DNA from: Thermoanaerobaculia bacterium
GTDB taxonomy: Bacteria > Acidobacteriota > Thermoanaerobaculia > UBA5066
NCBI GenBank assembly: GCA_963719225.1
Contig: CAVRAY010000001.1
Coordinates: forward strand, 384,001 to 448,000
DNA: 64,000 bases
Direction of reading: 5' to 3'
Part shown: one piece after another, positions 27,984 through 37,394 of the stretch
How the letters are laid out: every line of letters begins with the position of its first letter
How positions within the stretch are numbered: position 1 is the stretch's first letter
The notes under the pieces: generated by a model
What the model was told of the DNA's origin: nothing
Database searches by the model: none
The model's input: the letters and a program-made list of their open reading frames with translations, nothing else
Translations under genes and position numbers: made by a program

Positions 27984-30932
27984 ATGAAATCAAGTTGGCT
28001 GAGCACGTTCATGGTGCTCGCGCTCGCCGTCCTCGGTCTGACGGCGAACGTGGCCTACTCGCAGGTCACCGGCAACATGGTCGGGGCCGTCAGAGACAGC
28101 AACGGCGGCGGACTCCCGGGCGCCTCGGTCGAAATCAAGAGCCCGGCTCTCCAAGGGATGAGAACGGCCGTCACCGCGAGTGACGGCAGCTTCCGATTCT
28201 CGCAGCTCCCTCCCGGCGAATACCTAGTGACGTTCTCCCTCTCGGGTTTCTCCAAGGTCGAGAAGAAGGCTGCCGTGCAGCTCGACAAGACGGTCCACGT
28301 CGACGCGGCTCTTCAGATCAGCGTCAGGACGGAAGAGATCATCGTGACGGGCGAGGCGCCGGTCGTGGATGCCACATCCTCGTCATCCGGCGCGAACTTC
28401 ACGTCGGACTTCGTGAAGACGCTCCCCGTTGGGCGCAACTTCGCGGCTTTGGCCACGAAGACCCCGGGCGTCGTTCAGGGCTTTGGGGCGGACGCGGCGA
28501 ACTTCAACGTCTACGGCTCGACCGGCGCCGAGAACAGCTTCGTCATCGACGGCGTCGACACGACGGAGGCCCGCTACGGGCGCCAGGGCAAGGCGGTGAC
28601 ACAGGAGTTCATCCAGGAGATCGAGGTCAAGGCCGGCGCCTTCCAGGCCGAGTATGGCCACGCCCAGGGGGGCGTCCTGAACGCCATCACCAAATCGGGC
28701 GGAAACACATTCCACGGGGACGCATTCGGCTACTTCTCCGGCAAGCCGAACACCGCCGATGGCAGCGACATCTGGCAAGCGGAGGACAAGCACCTCCAGC
28801 AGAAGGCTGACTCCTTCGGCACGACCCGTTCCCAGACGGATCCGATCCGGAACACGGCGAACAACGACTTCGGCGCGGATCTCGGCGGCTTCTTCGTCAA
28901 GGACCGCATCTGGTTCTTCGGGGCGTACGACCGCGTCTACCAGGGGCGGACCGACTACCTGAACAAAGCGGCCGGCTCGTGCACGACGAGCCCCTGCCCG
29001 CCCGGCACGGGACCGGGCACCGGAACCCTGAGCGGGGCGTCGTTGCCCACCACGTTCGACCAGGACCTCTACGCCGGGAAGCTGACGTTCACGGCGGCCT
29101 CCTGGCTCACCTTGGTCGGCTCGATCTTCGGAGACCCGCAGACCCGCGCTCCCAATCTGGGCACGCCTCTGGCGGGCGCCTCCGTGGGTACGTACGCAGG
29201 GACGCAGAAGCTCGGCGGCGTTGACTACAGCGGCCGGGTTTCGGGCGTCGTCGGCTCGTCCTTCCTCTTCGAGGGGCAGGCGGCGAAGCACCAGGAGGAG
29301 AACACCCCAACCCCGGCGAACACGGCGGACCCCCGTATCCTCCCGACCATTCCGTCGGGGCTTCCGCGGCAGGGCGGGTTCGGCTTCTACGAGGCGGCCA
29401 AGTACAACCGGAATTACTTCAAGGCGAATGCGAGCCTCTTCGCGAACTTCCTCGGGTCGCACGAATTCAAGGGGGGCGGCGACTACGCCGACGTCCGGTC
29501 CGAGATCACCCGCCAGTACACGGGGCCGGCGGGAGCGAAGCAGGACATCTACACCCGAGTTTTCGTCGAGGGGACGGTCTACCAGCACGAGTACAACTCT
29601 ACGGGCCTGCGGAACGCCGCTGGGGACCCGATCGAGACGGACTCGAACCTGGCCCCGATCTCGCGCACGAACAACTACGGCCTCTTCATCCAGGACAAGT
29701 GGCAGGTGCTCCCGAACCTGACCTTGAACATCGGATTCCGCTACGAGGATCAGAAGGTCAAGGATGTGTTCGGCGCGACTCAGATCCACGTCGCGAACGA
29801 GCTGATGCCGCGCGTGGGCTTCGCCTGGGACTTCCTGGGCGGCGGAAAGTCGCGCCTCTACGGGAACTACGCGCGCTTCTACGAGACGATGCCGACGGAC
29901 ATCAACATCCGGGCTTACGGCTACGAGATCACGACGGCCGTCTACAACCAGGACATCAACAGCTTCCACGGCGACGCGAACGTCTGTGGCGCGGGGAAAT
30001 GGCACGACGCCGCGGGCAACGCCTACACGGTGTGCAGCGCCGGGCGCCAGAGCACGATCAAGACGGGCGGCAGCTTCGGCGAGCCGACTGAGCCCGGCAT
30101 CAAGGGCCAGTTCTCGGACGAATACACCCTCGGCGTCGAGTTCCAGCCCATCACCGACCTCTCGGTCGGCGCAAAGTACATCTACCGCAGCCTCGGCCGG
30201 GTGATCGAGGACGGCGGAACCGTGAACGCCGCCGGGGACCTCGAGTACTTCATCTTCAACCCTGGGGACACGTTCATCAGCCCCGCCTCCGGCGAACTCG
30301 TCGGGGGGGACTACGCGGACGTGCCCCCGCGGCGCTTCTACAGGGCCGTGCAGCTCACCGCCCAGAAGCGCTTCAGCAACAAGCTCCAGTTCATCTTCTC
30401 GTACACCTGGTCCAAGCTGGAGGGCAACTACGACGGCGTCTTCCAGACCTCTACGACGCAGCTCGACCCGAACATCAATTCGGCGTACGACTATCGCCGG
30501 TTCCTCGACCACGCGTACGGCTACCTCTCGAACGATCGGCGCCACACGTTCAAGCTCGACGGCTCGTACGTGACGCCGTTCGGCCTCACCGCCGGTCTCT
30601 CGGCCTACTACTACACCGGAACGCCGATCACCCAGTACGGCTACGACAATGACTACCGCAACTACGAGCTCTACCTCTCGGATCGTGGAACCGTGGGCCG
30701 CACGCCGGACGTCTACGACGCCGACCTCCACCTCAGCTACCAGTTCCCGGTCGGTCCGATCAAGATCCTCGTGGGCGCGGACGTCTTCAGCGTGTTCAAC
30801 ACGCAGAGGACCCTGGCCGTGGATCAACGCTACGACCTCGGGCCCGGAGGACCCCAGCAGGCCAACTACCTGCAACCCGTCCAGTTCACTCCGCGTCGTT
30901 CCCTCCGCCTGACCACGAGGGTGAGCTTCTAA
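27984..30932 (+). CDS. TonB-dependent receptor, Oar-like, with N-terminal carboxypeptidase-regulatory-like domain (copy 1)
   Basis: Signal peptide, LPGASV..FRF..LPPGEY, AEYG..GGVLNAITKSGGN and C-terminal RVSF; SD AGGAGG. Confidence 0.9.
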   Translation: MKSSWLSTFMVLALAVLGLTANVAYSQVTGNMVGAVRDSNGGGLPGASVEIKSPALQGMRTAVTASDGSFRFSQLPPGEYLVTFSLSGFSKVEKKAAVQLDKTVHVDAALQISVRTEEIIVTGEAPVVDATSSSSGANFTSDFVKTLPVGRNFAALATKTPGVVQGFGADAANFNVYGSTGAENSFVIDGVDTTEARYGRQGKAVTQEFIQEIEVKAGAFQAEYGHAQGGVLNAITKSGGNTFHGDAFGYFSGKPNTADGSDIWQAEDKHLQQKADSFGTTRSQTDPIRNTANNDFGADLGGFFVKDRIWFFGAYDRVYQGRTDYLNKAAGSCTTSPCPPGTGPGTGTLSGASLPTTFDQDLYAGKLTFTAASWLTLVGSIFGDPQTRAPNLGTPLAGASVGTYAGTQKLGGVDYSGRVSGVVGSSFLFEGQAAKHQEENTPTPANTADPRILPTIPSGLPRQGGFGFYEAAKYNRNYFKANASLFANFLGSHEFKGGGDYADVRSEITRQYTGPAGAKQDIYTRVFVEGTVYQHEYNSTGLRNAAGDPIETDSNLAPISRTNNYGLFIQDKWQVLPNLTLNIGFRYEDQKVKDVFGATQIHVANELMPRVGFAWDFLGGGKSRLYGNYARFYETMPTDINIRAYGYEITTAVYNQDINSFHGDANVCGAGKWHDAAGNAYTVCSAGRQSTIKTGGSFGEPTEPGIKGQFSDEYTLGVEFQPITDLSVGAKYIYRSLGRVIEDGGTVNAAGDLEYFIFNPGDTFISPASGELVGGDYADVPPRRFYRAVQLTAQKRFSNKLQFIFSYTWSKLEGNYDGVFQTSTTQLDPNINSAYDYRRFLDHAYGYLSNDRRHTFKLDGSYVTPFGLTAGLSAYYYTGTPITQYGYDNDYRNYELYLSDRGTVGRTPDVYDADLHLSYQFPVGPIKILVGADVFSVFNTQRTLAVDQRYDLGPGGPQQANYLQPVQFTPRRSLRLTTRVSF

Positions 30933-30961
30933 TCTTTTCTTCTTCCAAACCTCCCGGTCTC

Positions 30962-30984
30962 AGGGCCCCTTCGGGGGCCCTTTT
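30962..30984 (+). terminator. rho-independent terminator
   Basis: AGGGCCCC-TTCG-GGGGCCCT followed by a T run. Confidence 0.85.
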
Positions 30985-31008
30985 CATTTGGCTATCATCC
31001 GATCGGAG

Positions 31009-33027
31009 ATGGGTCAGCTCTTCGCGCAACCCCGGATGCGCCGGTTCCTCCTCGCTCTCTTCACGCTCTCCGGGGCCTTCTCGCCGCTCGCATGCAAGAA
31101 GTCGCCGAAGGCCGTCGCGCCGCAAGAGGTTGTCGCGCGCCGCATCCCCGTCGAGCTGGATGACCCGCCGCGGGAGTCCCGCTCTCGGGATAGCCGCCCC
31201 CGAGTCGTCCTGATCGGTCTCGACGGAGCCGACTGGACGATCCTGGACCGCCTCGCAGCGAATGGCGCGATGCCAAACGTGAACCGGCTCGTGCGCGAAG
31301 GTCGCTCGATGCGCCTGAGAAGCTTCGTCCCCCTCCTGTCTCCGGTCGTCTGGGCCACGATCGCGACCGGCGCGAGCCCGGCCGTCCACGGCGTCCTCGA
31401 TTTCCAGGAGGTGGAGCCGGGGACCGGAGCCATCACGCCGATCTCCGGCCGCTCGCGCCGCGTGCCCGCAGTCTGGAACGTCGCCTCGGCGCAGGGGCTG
31501 AAGGTCGGCGTGGTCGGGTGGTGGGCGACTCATCCGGCGGAAGAGGTGAACGGCTTCTTCGTCTCGGACCACGCCAGCTCGATCCTGTTCGAAGGTTCCA
31601 GGGACGCCATAACGTTTCCCCCGTCGCTTTCCGACGGCGTTCTGCATGTCGTGGAGGACGAGCGGCGGATCTCCGACGCGGACCTCGCCCCATACTTCAG
31701 GATGAGCGAGGAGGAACTGGCGGGCGCGAGGAGGCAGGGAGGCGGGTTGGAGAACCCGGTCGTGGCGATGGAGAAGATCCTCGCCGCGACGCGCACGGTG
31801 CAGCGGATCGCGCGGAGCCTCTACGACCGCGAGCGGCCCGAGCTGACCGCCGTCTATTTCGAGGGGACCGACTCGATCGGTCACGTCTTCGCGTCCTACG
31901 TCCCGCCCCGCCTTCCGTGCGTCTCGGACGAAGACTTCCGCCGTTACTCCCGAACGGTCGACGCCTACTACACGACCGTGGACCGCCTTCTCGGTCAGTG
32001 GATGCGCCGGGCAGAGGAGGACGGCGCGACTCTCATGATCTGCTCCGACCACGGCTTCAAGTGGGAGGAGGACCGGACGTGTCAACGCTCTTCGCTCAAC
32101 TTCGCCACTGCGGCCTTCTGGCACCGACTGGACGGAATCCTTCTCCTGTGGGGAAACAACGTAAGACCCTCGCCCGGACGGGGGGATGCGAGCGTGTACG
32201 ACGTGGCGCCCACGGTCTCCGCGCTCCTCGAACTCCCCGTCGACCCGAAGATGCAGGGGAAGGCGCTCCTCTCCGCTTTCCAAGGTGTGTCGTCGCCGCC
32301 CCGCCGCGAGGTCTTCCGGAATGTGGAGGTTCGCCGGCTCGCGTCCAACGCGCCCACGGCCGCGCAGCGGAGCGAGTATGCCGAGAAGCTGCGCTCCCTC
32401 GGCTACCTCACCGGGTCGGAGTCGAAGAGCCTTTCGGTGGCGGACGAGGGGGCCAGGCCGGGCCGAACCGAGGGGGCGTGGAACAACCTCGGGCTCTACC
32501 AGCGGGAAGCGGGTCTCCTCGACGAAGCGGAGCGGTCGTTCCGGGAATCGCTGCGCCTGAAGCCGGACTACTCCTCTCCCATGTTCAATCTCGCCGTCCT
32601 CGAGCGGACGCGGGGCCGTTGGGAACCTGCCCTCGACTGGCTCTTCAAGTCGCTCGCGGCAGGCCACGCGGAGCCCGACGAAACTCTTCTGCAGTGGGTT
32701 TCGGCCGCAACGAAGGCGAAGCGGAGATCCTCCGCTGTCGCGATCCTGGAACGGGGCGTCGAGCGGTATCCCAAGGCCGAAAAGCTGAGATGGCCGCTGG
32801 CCCGCCTCCGCCTCGAGGCGAAGGACTGTGAGGGTGCTCTCGCGGCGTTGCGAGACTTCGCGGAAAAGGGGAGCCGGGAAACCCTGAACCTCCTCGGCCT
32901 ATCCGAGATGTGCCTCGGGCACCCGGAACAAGCGCGCCAGTACCTCGAACGCTCGCTGGCCCTCGATCCCGCTCAGCCTCCGATTCGGGAGGCACTCCGG
33001 CTCATGGCAGAAGCAGCGCAGAACTAA
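31009..33027 (+). CDS. alkaline phosphatase/phosphodiesterase family lipoprotein with C-terminal TPRs (copy 1)
   Basis: IGLDGADW, SPVVWATIATG, TDSIGH, SDHGF, DVAPT and LRSLGYL; lipobox PLAC. The start may be 31036. Confidence 0.85.
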   Translation: MGQLFAQPRMRRFLLALFTLSGAFSPLACKKSPKAVAPQEVVARRIPVELDDPPRESRSRDSRPRVVLIGLDGADWTILDRLAANGAMPNVNRLVREGRSMRLRSFVPLLSPVVWATIATGASPAVHGVLDFQEVEPGTGAITPISGRSRRVPAVWNVASAQGLKVGVVGWWATHPAEEVNGFFVSDHASSILFEGSRDAITFPPSLSDGVLHVVEDERRISDADLAPYFRMSEEELAGARRQGGGLENPVVAMEKILAATRTVQRIARSLYDRERPELTAVYFEGTDSIGHVFASYVPPRLPCVSDEDFRRYSRTVDAYYTTVDRLLGQWMRRAEEDGATLMICSDHGFKWEEDRTCQRSSLNFATAAFWHRLDGILLLWGNNVRPSPGRGDASVYDVAPTVSALLELPVDPKMQGKALLSAFQGVSSPPRREVFRNVEVRRLASNAPTAAQRSEYAEKLRSLGYLTGSESKSLSVADEGARPGRTEGAWNNLGLYQREAGLLDEAERSFRESLRLKPDYSSPMFNLAVLERTRGRWEPALDWLFKSLAAGHAEPDETLLQWVSAATKAKRRSSAVAILERGVERYPKAEKLRWPLARLRLEAKDCEGALAALRDFAEKGSRETLNLLGLSEMCLGHPEQARQYLERSLALDPAQPPIREALRLMAEAAQN

Positions 33028-34091
33028 TTCTTCGGGAGCATAGTCTTCGCCACGGTCTCGAGCGTCGCGAGGACGTCGTGCCCCCTTTGCAGGACGTCAA
33101 CGCCGGCGCCTTCCTTCGTCTGGAACTCGAACTCGACCTCGGTGAACCGGACTTCCTTCGGGAGCCGATCGCGCCGGTAGTGCCAAGTCTCGCGAGTCCC
33201 CTGGAGCGTCTCGGCGGAAAGCGCGACACGAGGCACGAGCCGCATGGACGTGCTGCCGTCCGCATTCCTGACCATCTCGGAAGTGGGAGCATTCCGGCTG
33301 ACCTGAATCGGGTCGTCTTCGGGCTTGAGAGGGCTTTGGCCGACATAGCTCGGGGGACCGAGCAGGACGAAGACAAGCCCCCGATCCGTCGCGCTTCCCC
33401 TCGTCTCGCCCTGCTTGAGTCGCAGGTCTGCGAACCGGATCCTGCGTTCGATCTCCTGCTTTTGCGCCGGATCCCGTCGCTGCCAGAAAGTGTGGATGAA
33501 CTCTACCCGGTCTGCCGTAGACTGGAGAGCCCGCCAAGACTGCTTTTCCTCCTTCGTCATGAAGTACCGGACGGGACCTTCAGCCCAGCGCTCGTCTGGG
33601 AACGCCGCCGGCTCCTCCTGGTCTTCGGGGAAGAAGTGTGCGTAATCGCTCGCGATCCCGTTGTCGAGGGCGGCGGGAACATGCGGCGGCGGCGGCGCCT
33701 TCTCTCGGACGTTATTGAAGACCTCGATCACGGCCTTCGGAAACATGGCCGGGTCGAGCCGCGCGTTGGGCGCGGCTTCCAGATACTTCTCGAACTGGAG
33801 GCGCGCGTCCTCGTTCTTCCCGAGGGCCGCCAGGTTCGCGCCCCGGTAAAACGCAATGATCGGCTCCAGCTTCGTCCGCGCGGCCTCGAATCCGGACGCG
33901 CGGCTCATCTCGTCCAGCCGGTGGAAGGTCTCGAGGGAGGCCTCGTAGGTCCCCGTCCTGAACTCGGACTTCCCCTTCTGGAACAGCTCGTTGAGGGGAG
34001 CTTGCGCCCGGGCGTCCGTCGCGAAGAGCACCCCGGCGAAGATCATCAGTATCGGGGACCGCCAGAACCACCGGGAGAAGGTGCTACTCAT
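33024..34091 (-). CDS. GWxTD-domain protein with N-terminal TPR
   Basis: YFMTKEEK..FIHTFWQRRDP..RRIRFAD..GSATDRGLVFVLLGPP..ETWHY. Confidence 0.8.
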   Translation of the reverse strand: MSSTFSRWFWRSPILMIFAGVLFATDARAQAPLNELFQKGKSEFRTGTYEASLETFHRLDEMSRASGFEAARTKLEPIIAFYRGANLAALGKNEDARLQFEKYLEAAPNARLDPAMFPKAVIEVFNNVREKAPPPPHVPAALDNGIASDYAHFFPEDQEEPAAFPDERWAEGPVRYFMTKEEKQSWRALQSTADRVEFIHTFWQRRDPAQKQEIERRIRFADLRLKQGETRGSATDRGLVFVLLGPPSYVGQSPLKPEDDPIQVSRNAPTSEMVRNADGSTSMRLVPRVALSAETLQGTRETWHYRRDRLPKEVRFTEVEFEFQTKEGAGVDVLQRGHDVLATLETVAKTMLPKN

Positions 34092-34230
34092 CGCACGCCT
34101 CGAAACGCATCGAGTCTACCTCAAGGCAGGGCCTTCATTCGAATAGAATCGAATAGCAAACTCTCCATCGGCCGTCGAACCCCAGGTCGAGATCCCCCGT
34201 TTTCGTTTCGATTCAGGAGGTAGATCGAAT

Positions 34231-37200
34231 ATGAGATCTCGTTGGCTGAGCACGTTCGTGTTGCTCGCGCTCACCGTTCTCGGTTCGATGGCGAACGAGG
34301 CTCGTTCCCAGACGACCGGAGATATCGAGGGCGCGGTCAGCGACTCGAATAACTCACCGCTTGCCGGCGGGTCGGTCGAGATTAAGTCGTCGGCTCTTCA
34401 GGGCACCCGCACGGCCGTGACGGATGCCGCCGGCCGCTTCCGCTTCCCGGCGCTCCCGCCCGGCGACTACGCGGTCGTCGCGTCGCTGTCCGGTTTCACG
34501 AAGGTGGAGAGATCGAGTATTCACGTCCGGCTCGGCGCCACGGTCACGATTCCCATCTCGTTGTCAGTCTCGGTGAAGGAGGACATCATCGTCACGGGTG
34601 AAGCTCCGGTTGTCGACACGACCAGGACGGTCATCGGGACGACGACCTCGGCCGAGTCTCTCCAGAAGCTTCCGCTCGCCCGCAACTTCTCGTCCATCGC
34701 ATTTCGCGCGCCCGGCACGGGCACCGATAACGCCGGCGGCGCGACGGTATACGGCGCGACGTCGCTCGAGAACCAGTACATCATCGACGGCGTCAACACG
34801 AGCGCCATCAAGGGATACTCGCTCGGCACGACCGACGGCAACCAGGGCAAGACGCTGAACCAGGAGTTCATCCAGGAAGTCGAGGTCAAGACCGGCGGCT
34901 ACGAGGCCGAATACGGCCGGGCCCTCGGCGGAACAATCAACGTCGTCACGAAGTCCGGCGGCAACGAGTTCCACGGAGACCTCTTTGGGTACTACGACCC
35001 GAAGAACGTCGCCGCCGTCGACGCACACCAGGCCGACCGCGCGGCCGAGGGCCTCGCCTCGCTTGCGGTCGCAAACCGTGTCGACTACGGCGCGGATCTT
35101 GGCGGCTACTTCGTCAAGGATCGCCTCTGGTTCTTCGGCGCGTACGACCGGGTCCAGAGAGATCAGGACTTCACCCGGCAGCTCACGGGGGTCACCTCCA
35201 CGGGTACCCTCTGCGGCACCGCCTGTCCGCAATCGAGTGGCACGACGGCGACTAGGTCGGACCTCTTCTCCGGCAAGCTCACGCTCCGCCTCGGCGAGGC
35301 CAACACGATCGCGGTCGCGGCGTTCGGCGACCCGAGCACGACCGGCAACACGGTGCGCGCCATCGTCGGTCCCGACGCGGCCGCCCTCGGAAACCGGGAC
35401 TTCGGCGGCACGGACCTTTCGGCGAAGTACGACGGCATCTTCGGCACGCAGTTCCTCGCCCAAGGTCAGTTTGGCTACCACGCGGAAAAGAACAAGATTG
35501 CAGCGGCGAATTCGGCGGCGGCCGATCCCCTCGTCGCGCCTGACTTCATCCGCACGCAGCCGGGCTTCCTCACCGAGCGCTACCCGAACTCCGGCTTCGG
35601 CACCGTGACCGACGAGAATTTCAAGCGGTACGCCTACAAACTCGCTGGCACCTGGTTTCTGGGCGCGAACGAGATCAAGGGCGGCGCGGACTTCGAGGAC
35701 ATCAAGTCCTCGTTCGCGACGAACTACATCGGCATCACGCGGCGCTTCCTCGCGGTCTCTGAGGGCGGCACCGAGCTCACGAGCCAGCATCGGTATTACG
35801 CCTCCGTTCCTCTCGGCCTGAACTGCCTCCGGAGCGCGGACGGCACGGTCCCGGTCGCGGGCGAAATCGTGCTCATCACCGACTGTAAGGGCTGGAAACC
35901 GGGGCAGGATTTCTCCGACCCTCACACCCAGAACCTCGGGGCCTTCGTGCAGGATTCCGTGAAGCTCCTGAAGAACCTCACCGTCAACGTCGGAGTCCGT
36001 TACGAACAGCAAAAGCTGTACGGCGTCGAGGTCGCCACAACGTTCACCGTGAAGAACGAGTGGTCGCCGCGCCTCGGCATCGTGTGGGACCCGATGAACA
36101 ACGGCAGGTCCAAGGTCTTCGGTTCCTACGGCCGCTTCTACACCGCGATCCCGCAGGACCTCCAGACCCGCTCGCTCGGCCGCGAAGCGACCATCATCGT
36201 GTCGAACACCACGACCACGAACACTCTGAACCCGATCGGGGCGGTGGGCTTTGCCCAGACCGGCGACTTCGTGAACCCTGAGGGCCTCAAAGGCATGTAT
36301 CAGGACGAGGCGATCCTGGGCTTCGAGTACGAAGTCGCCCGGGGCTGGTCCATCGGAGTCAAGGGAATCTACAAGGCCCTAGGCCGCGTCCTCGAGGATC
36401 GCTGTGACATCCCGTACAACGCCGACACGACCGCAATCCTGTCGTCTGACGATCCGTACATCAAGGCCTTCCAGCCGACGTGCGCGCTCATCAACGTCGG
36501 GGAAGGCGGTACCTTGAACACGATCAAGGACCCGGCTGACAAGCAGTGCTACCCGAACGGCGCCACGAACCCCGAAGGCTCCTACAAAGCGTCCTCGCCT
36601 TGCGAGACGACGCATGCGGTCCGCAAGTACCGCGGGATCGAACTGGATCTTGCCCACCGTTTCTCGAACAACTTCTTCATGCAGGCCTCCTACGTCTACT
36701 CGAAGCTCGAGGGGAACTACTCGGGCAACCTTTCGCAGACGCGTGAAGGTGGTCAGTTCGACCCGAACATCAACGCGGACTTCGACTACCCGGGCCTCGT
36801 GACGAACTCCTACGGCCTTCTCCGGAACGACACGCCGCATCAGGCCAAGTTCACGGGCTACTACGCCTTCCCGTTCGGCCTCACGGCGGGCTTGAACTTC
36901 ACGTTCCAGTCCGGCCGTCCGATCAGCCTGATCGGCTGCCCCGAGGACTTCGTGGCCTGCGCGTTCGGCTATTCGCAGGAAGGCTTCATCGTCCCCAAGG
37001 GCACGTATGGCCGGATGCCCTCGATCTACGAGGGTGACTTCCACCTCGAGTACGCGCTGCGCATCGGACAGGTCTCGATCACGCCCATGGTCGACGTCTT
37101 CAACTTTCTGAACCGTCAGGCGGAGACGTCGCGGGACGATCTTTACAACAACCAGGGCGAAGCCGCCCTCAACGCTCCCTGCACGGCTCCGGCGAGCGAC

Positions 37201-37320
37201 ACGACCAACGCGGGCAAGACGGGCTTCTTCGCCTCCTGCGCCCCGAACGCGAACTACGGCAAGCCGATTGCGTGGCAGGCGCCGCGGTCGGTCCGCTTCG
37301 GCGCTCGCGTTTCCTTCTAA
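34231..37320 (+). CDS. TonB-dependent receptor, Oar-like (copy 2)
   Basis: Paralogous to 27984-30932 (EFIQE.EVK, KSGGN.FHGD, KDR.WFFGAYDRV, SKLEGNY, RVSF). Confidence 0.9.
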   Translation: MRSRWLSTFVLLALTVLGSMANEARSQTTGDIEGAVSDSNNSPLAGGSVEIKSSALQGTRTAVTDAAGRFRFPALPPGDYAVVASLSGFTKVERSSIHVRLGATVTIPISLSVSVKEDIIVTGEAPVVDTTRTVIGTTTSAESLQKLPLARNFSSIAFRAPGTGTDNAGGATVYGATSLENQYIIDGVNTSAIKGYSLGTTDGNQGKTLNQEFIQEVEVKTGGYEAEYGRALGGTINVVTKSGGNEFHGDLFGYYDPKNVAAVDAHQADRAAEGLASLAVANRVDYGADLGGYFVKDRLWFFGAYDRVQRDQDFTRQLTGVTSTGTLCGTACPQSSGTTATRSDLFSGKLTLRLGEANTIAVAAFGDPSTTGNTVRAIVGPDAAALGNRDFGGTDLSAKYDGIFGTQFLAQGQFGYHAEKNKIAAANSAAADPLVAPDFIRTQPGFLTERYPNSGFGTVTDENFKRYAYKLAGTWFLGANEIKGGADFEDIKSSFATNYIGITRRFLAVSEGGTELTSQHRYYASVPLGLNCLRSADGTVPVAGEIVLITDCKGWKPGQDFSDPHTQNLGAFVQDSVKLLKNLTVNVGVRYEQQKLYGVEVATTFTVKNEWSPRLGIVWDPMNNGRSKVFGSYGRFYTAIPQDLQTRSLGREATIIVSNTTTTNTLNPIGAVGFAQTGDFVNPEGLKGMYQDEAILGFEYEVARGWSIGVKGIYKALGRVLEDRCDIPYNADTTAILSSDDPYIKAFQPTCALINVGEGGTLNTIKDPADKQCYPNGATNPEGSYKASSPCETTHAVRKYRGIELDLAHRFSNNFFMQASYVYSKLEGNYSGNLSQTREGGQFDPNINADFDYPGLVTNSYGLLRNDTPHQAKFTGYYAFPFGLTAGLNFTFQSGRPISLIGCPEDFVACAFGYSQEGFIVPKGTYGRMPSIYEGDFHLEYALRIGQVSITPMVDVFNFLNRQAETSRDDLYNNQGEAALNAPCTAPASDTTNAGKTGFFASCAPNANYGKPIAWQAPRSVRFGARVSF

Positions 37321-37342
37321 CTCGTTCTCGATCGATTCTTTC

Positions 37343-37370
37343 GGGCCCCGGGCAACCGGGGCCCTTTCTT
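37343..37370 (+). terminator. rho-independent terminator
   Basis: GGGCCCCGG-GCAA-CCGGGGCCC followed by TTTCTT. Confidence 0.85.
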
Positions 37371-37394
37371 CTTGGGCCAGTAGAATCCTTTCCG

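Noticed and set aside
33024-34091. GWxTD motif reads GSATD, possible pseudogene
   Set aside because: The ORF is intact and the flanking motifs are conserved; a single substitution is not evidence of decay.
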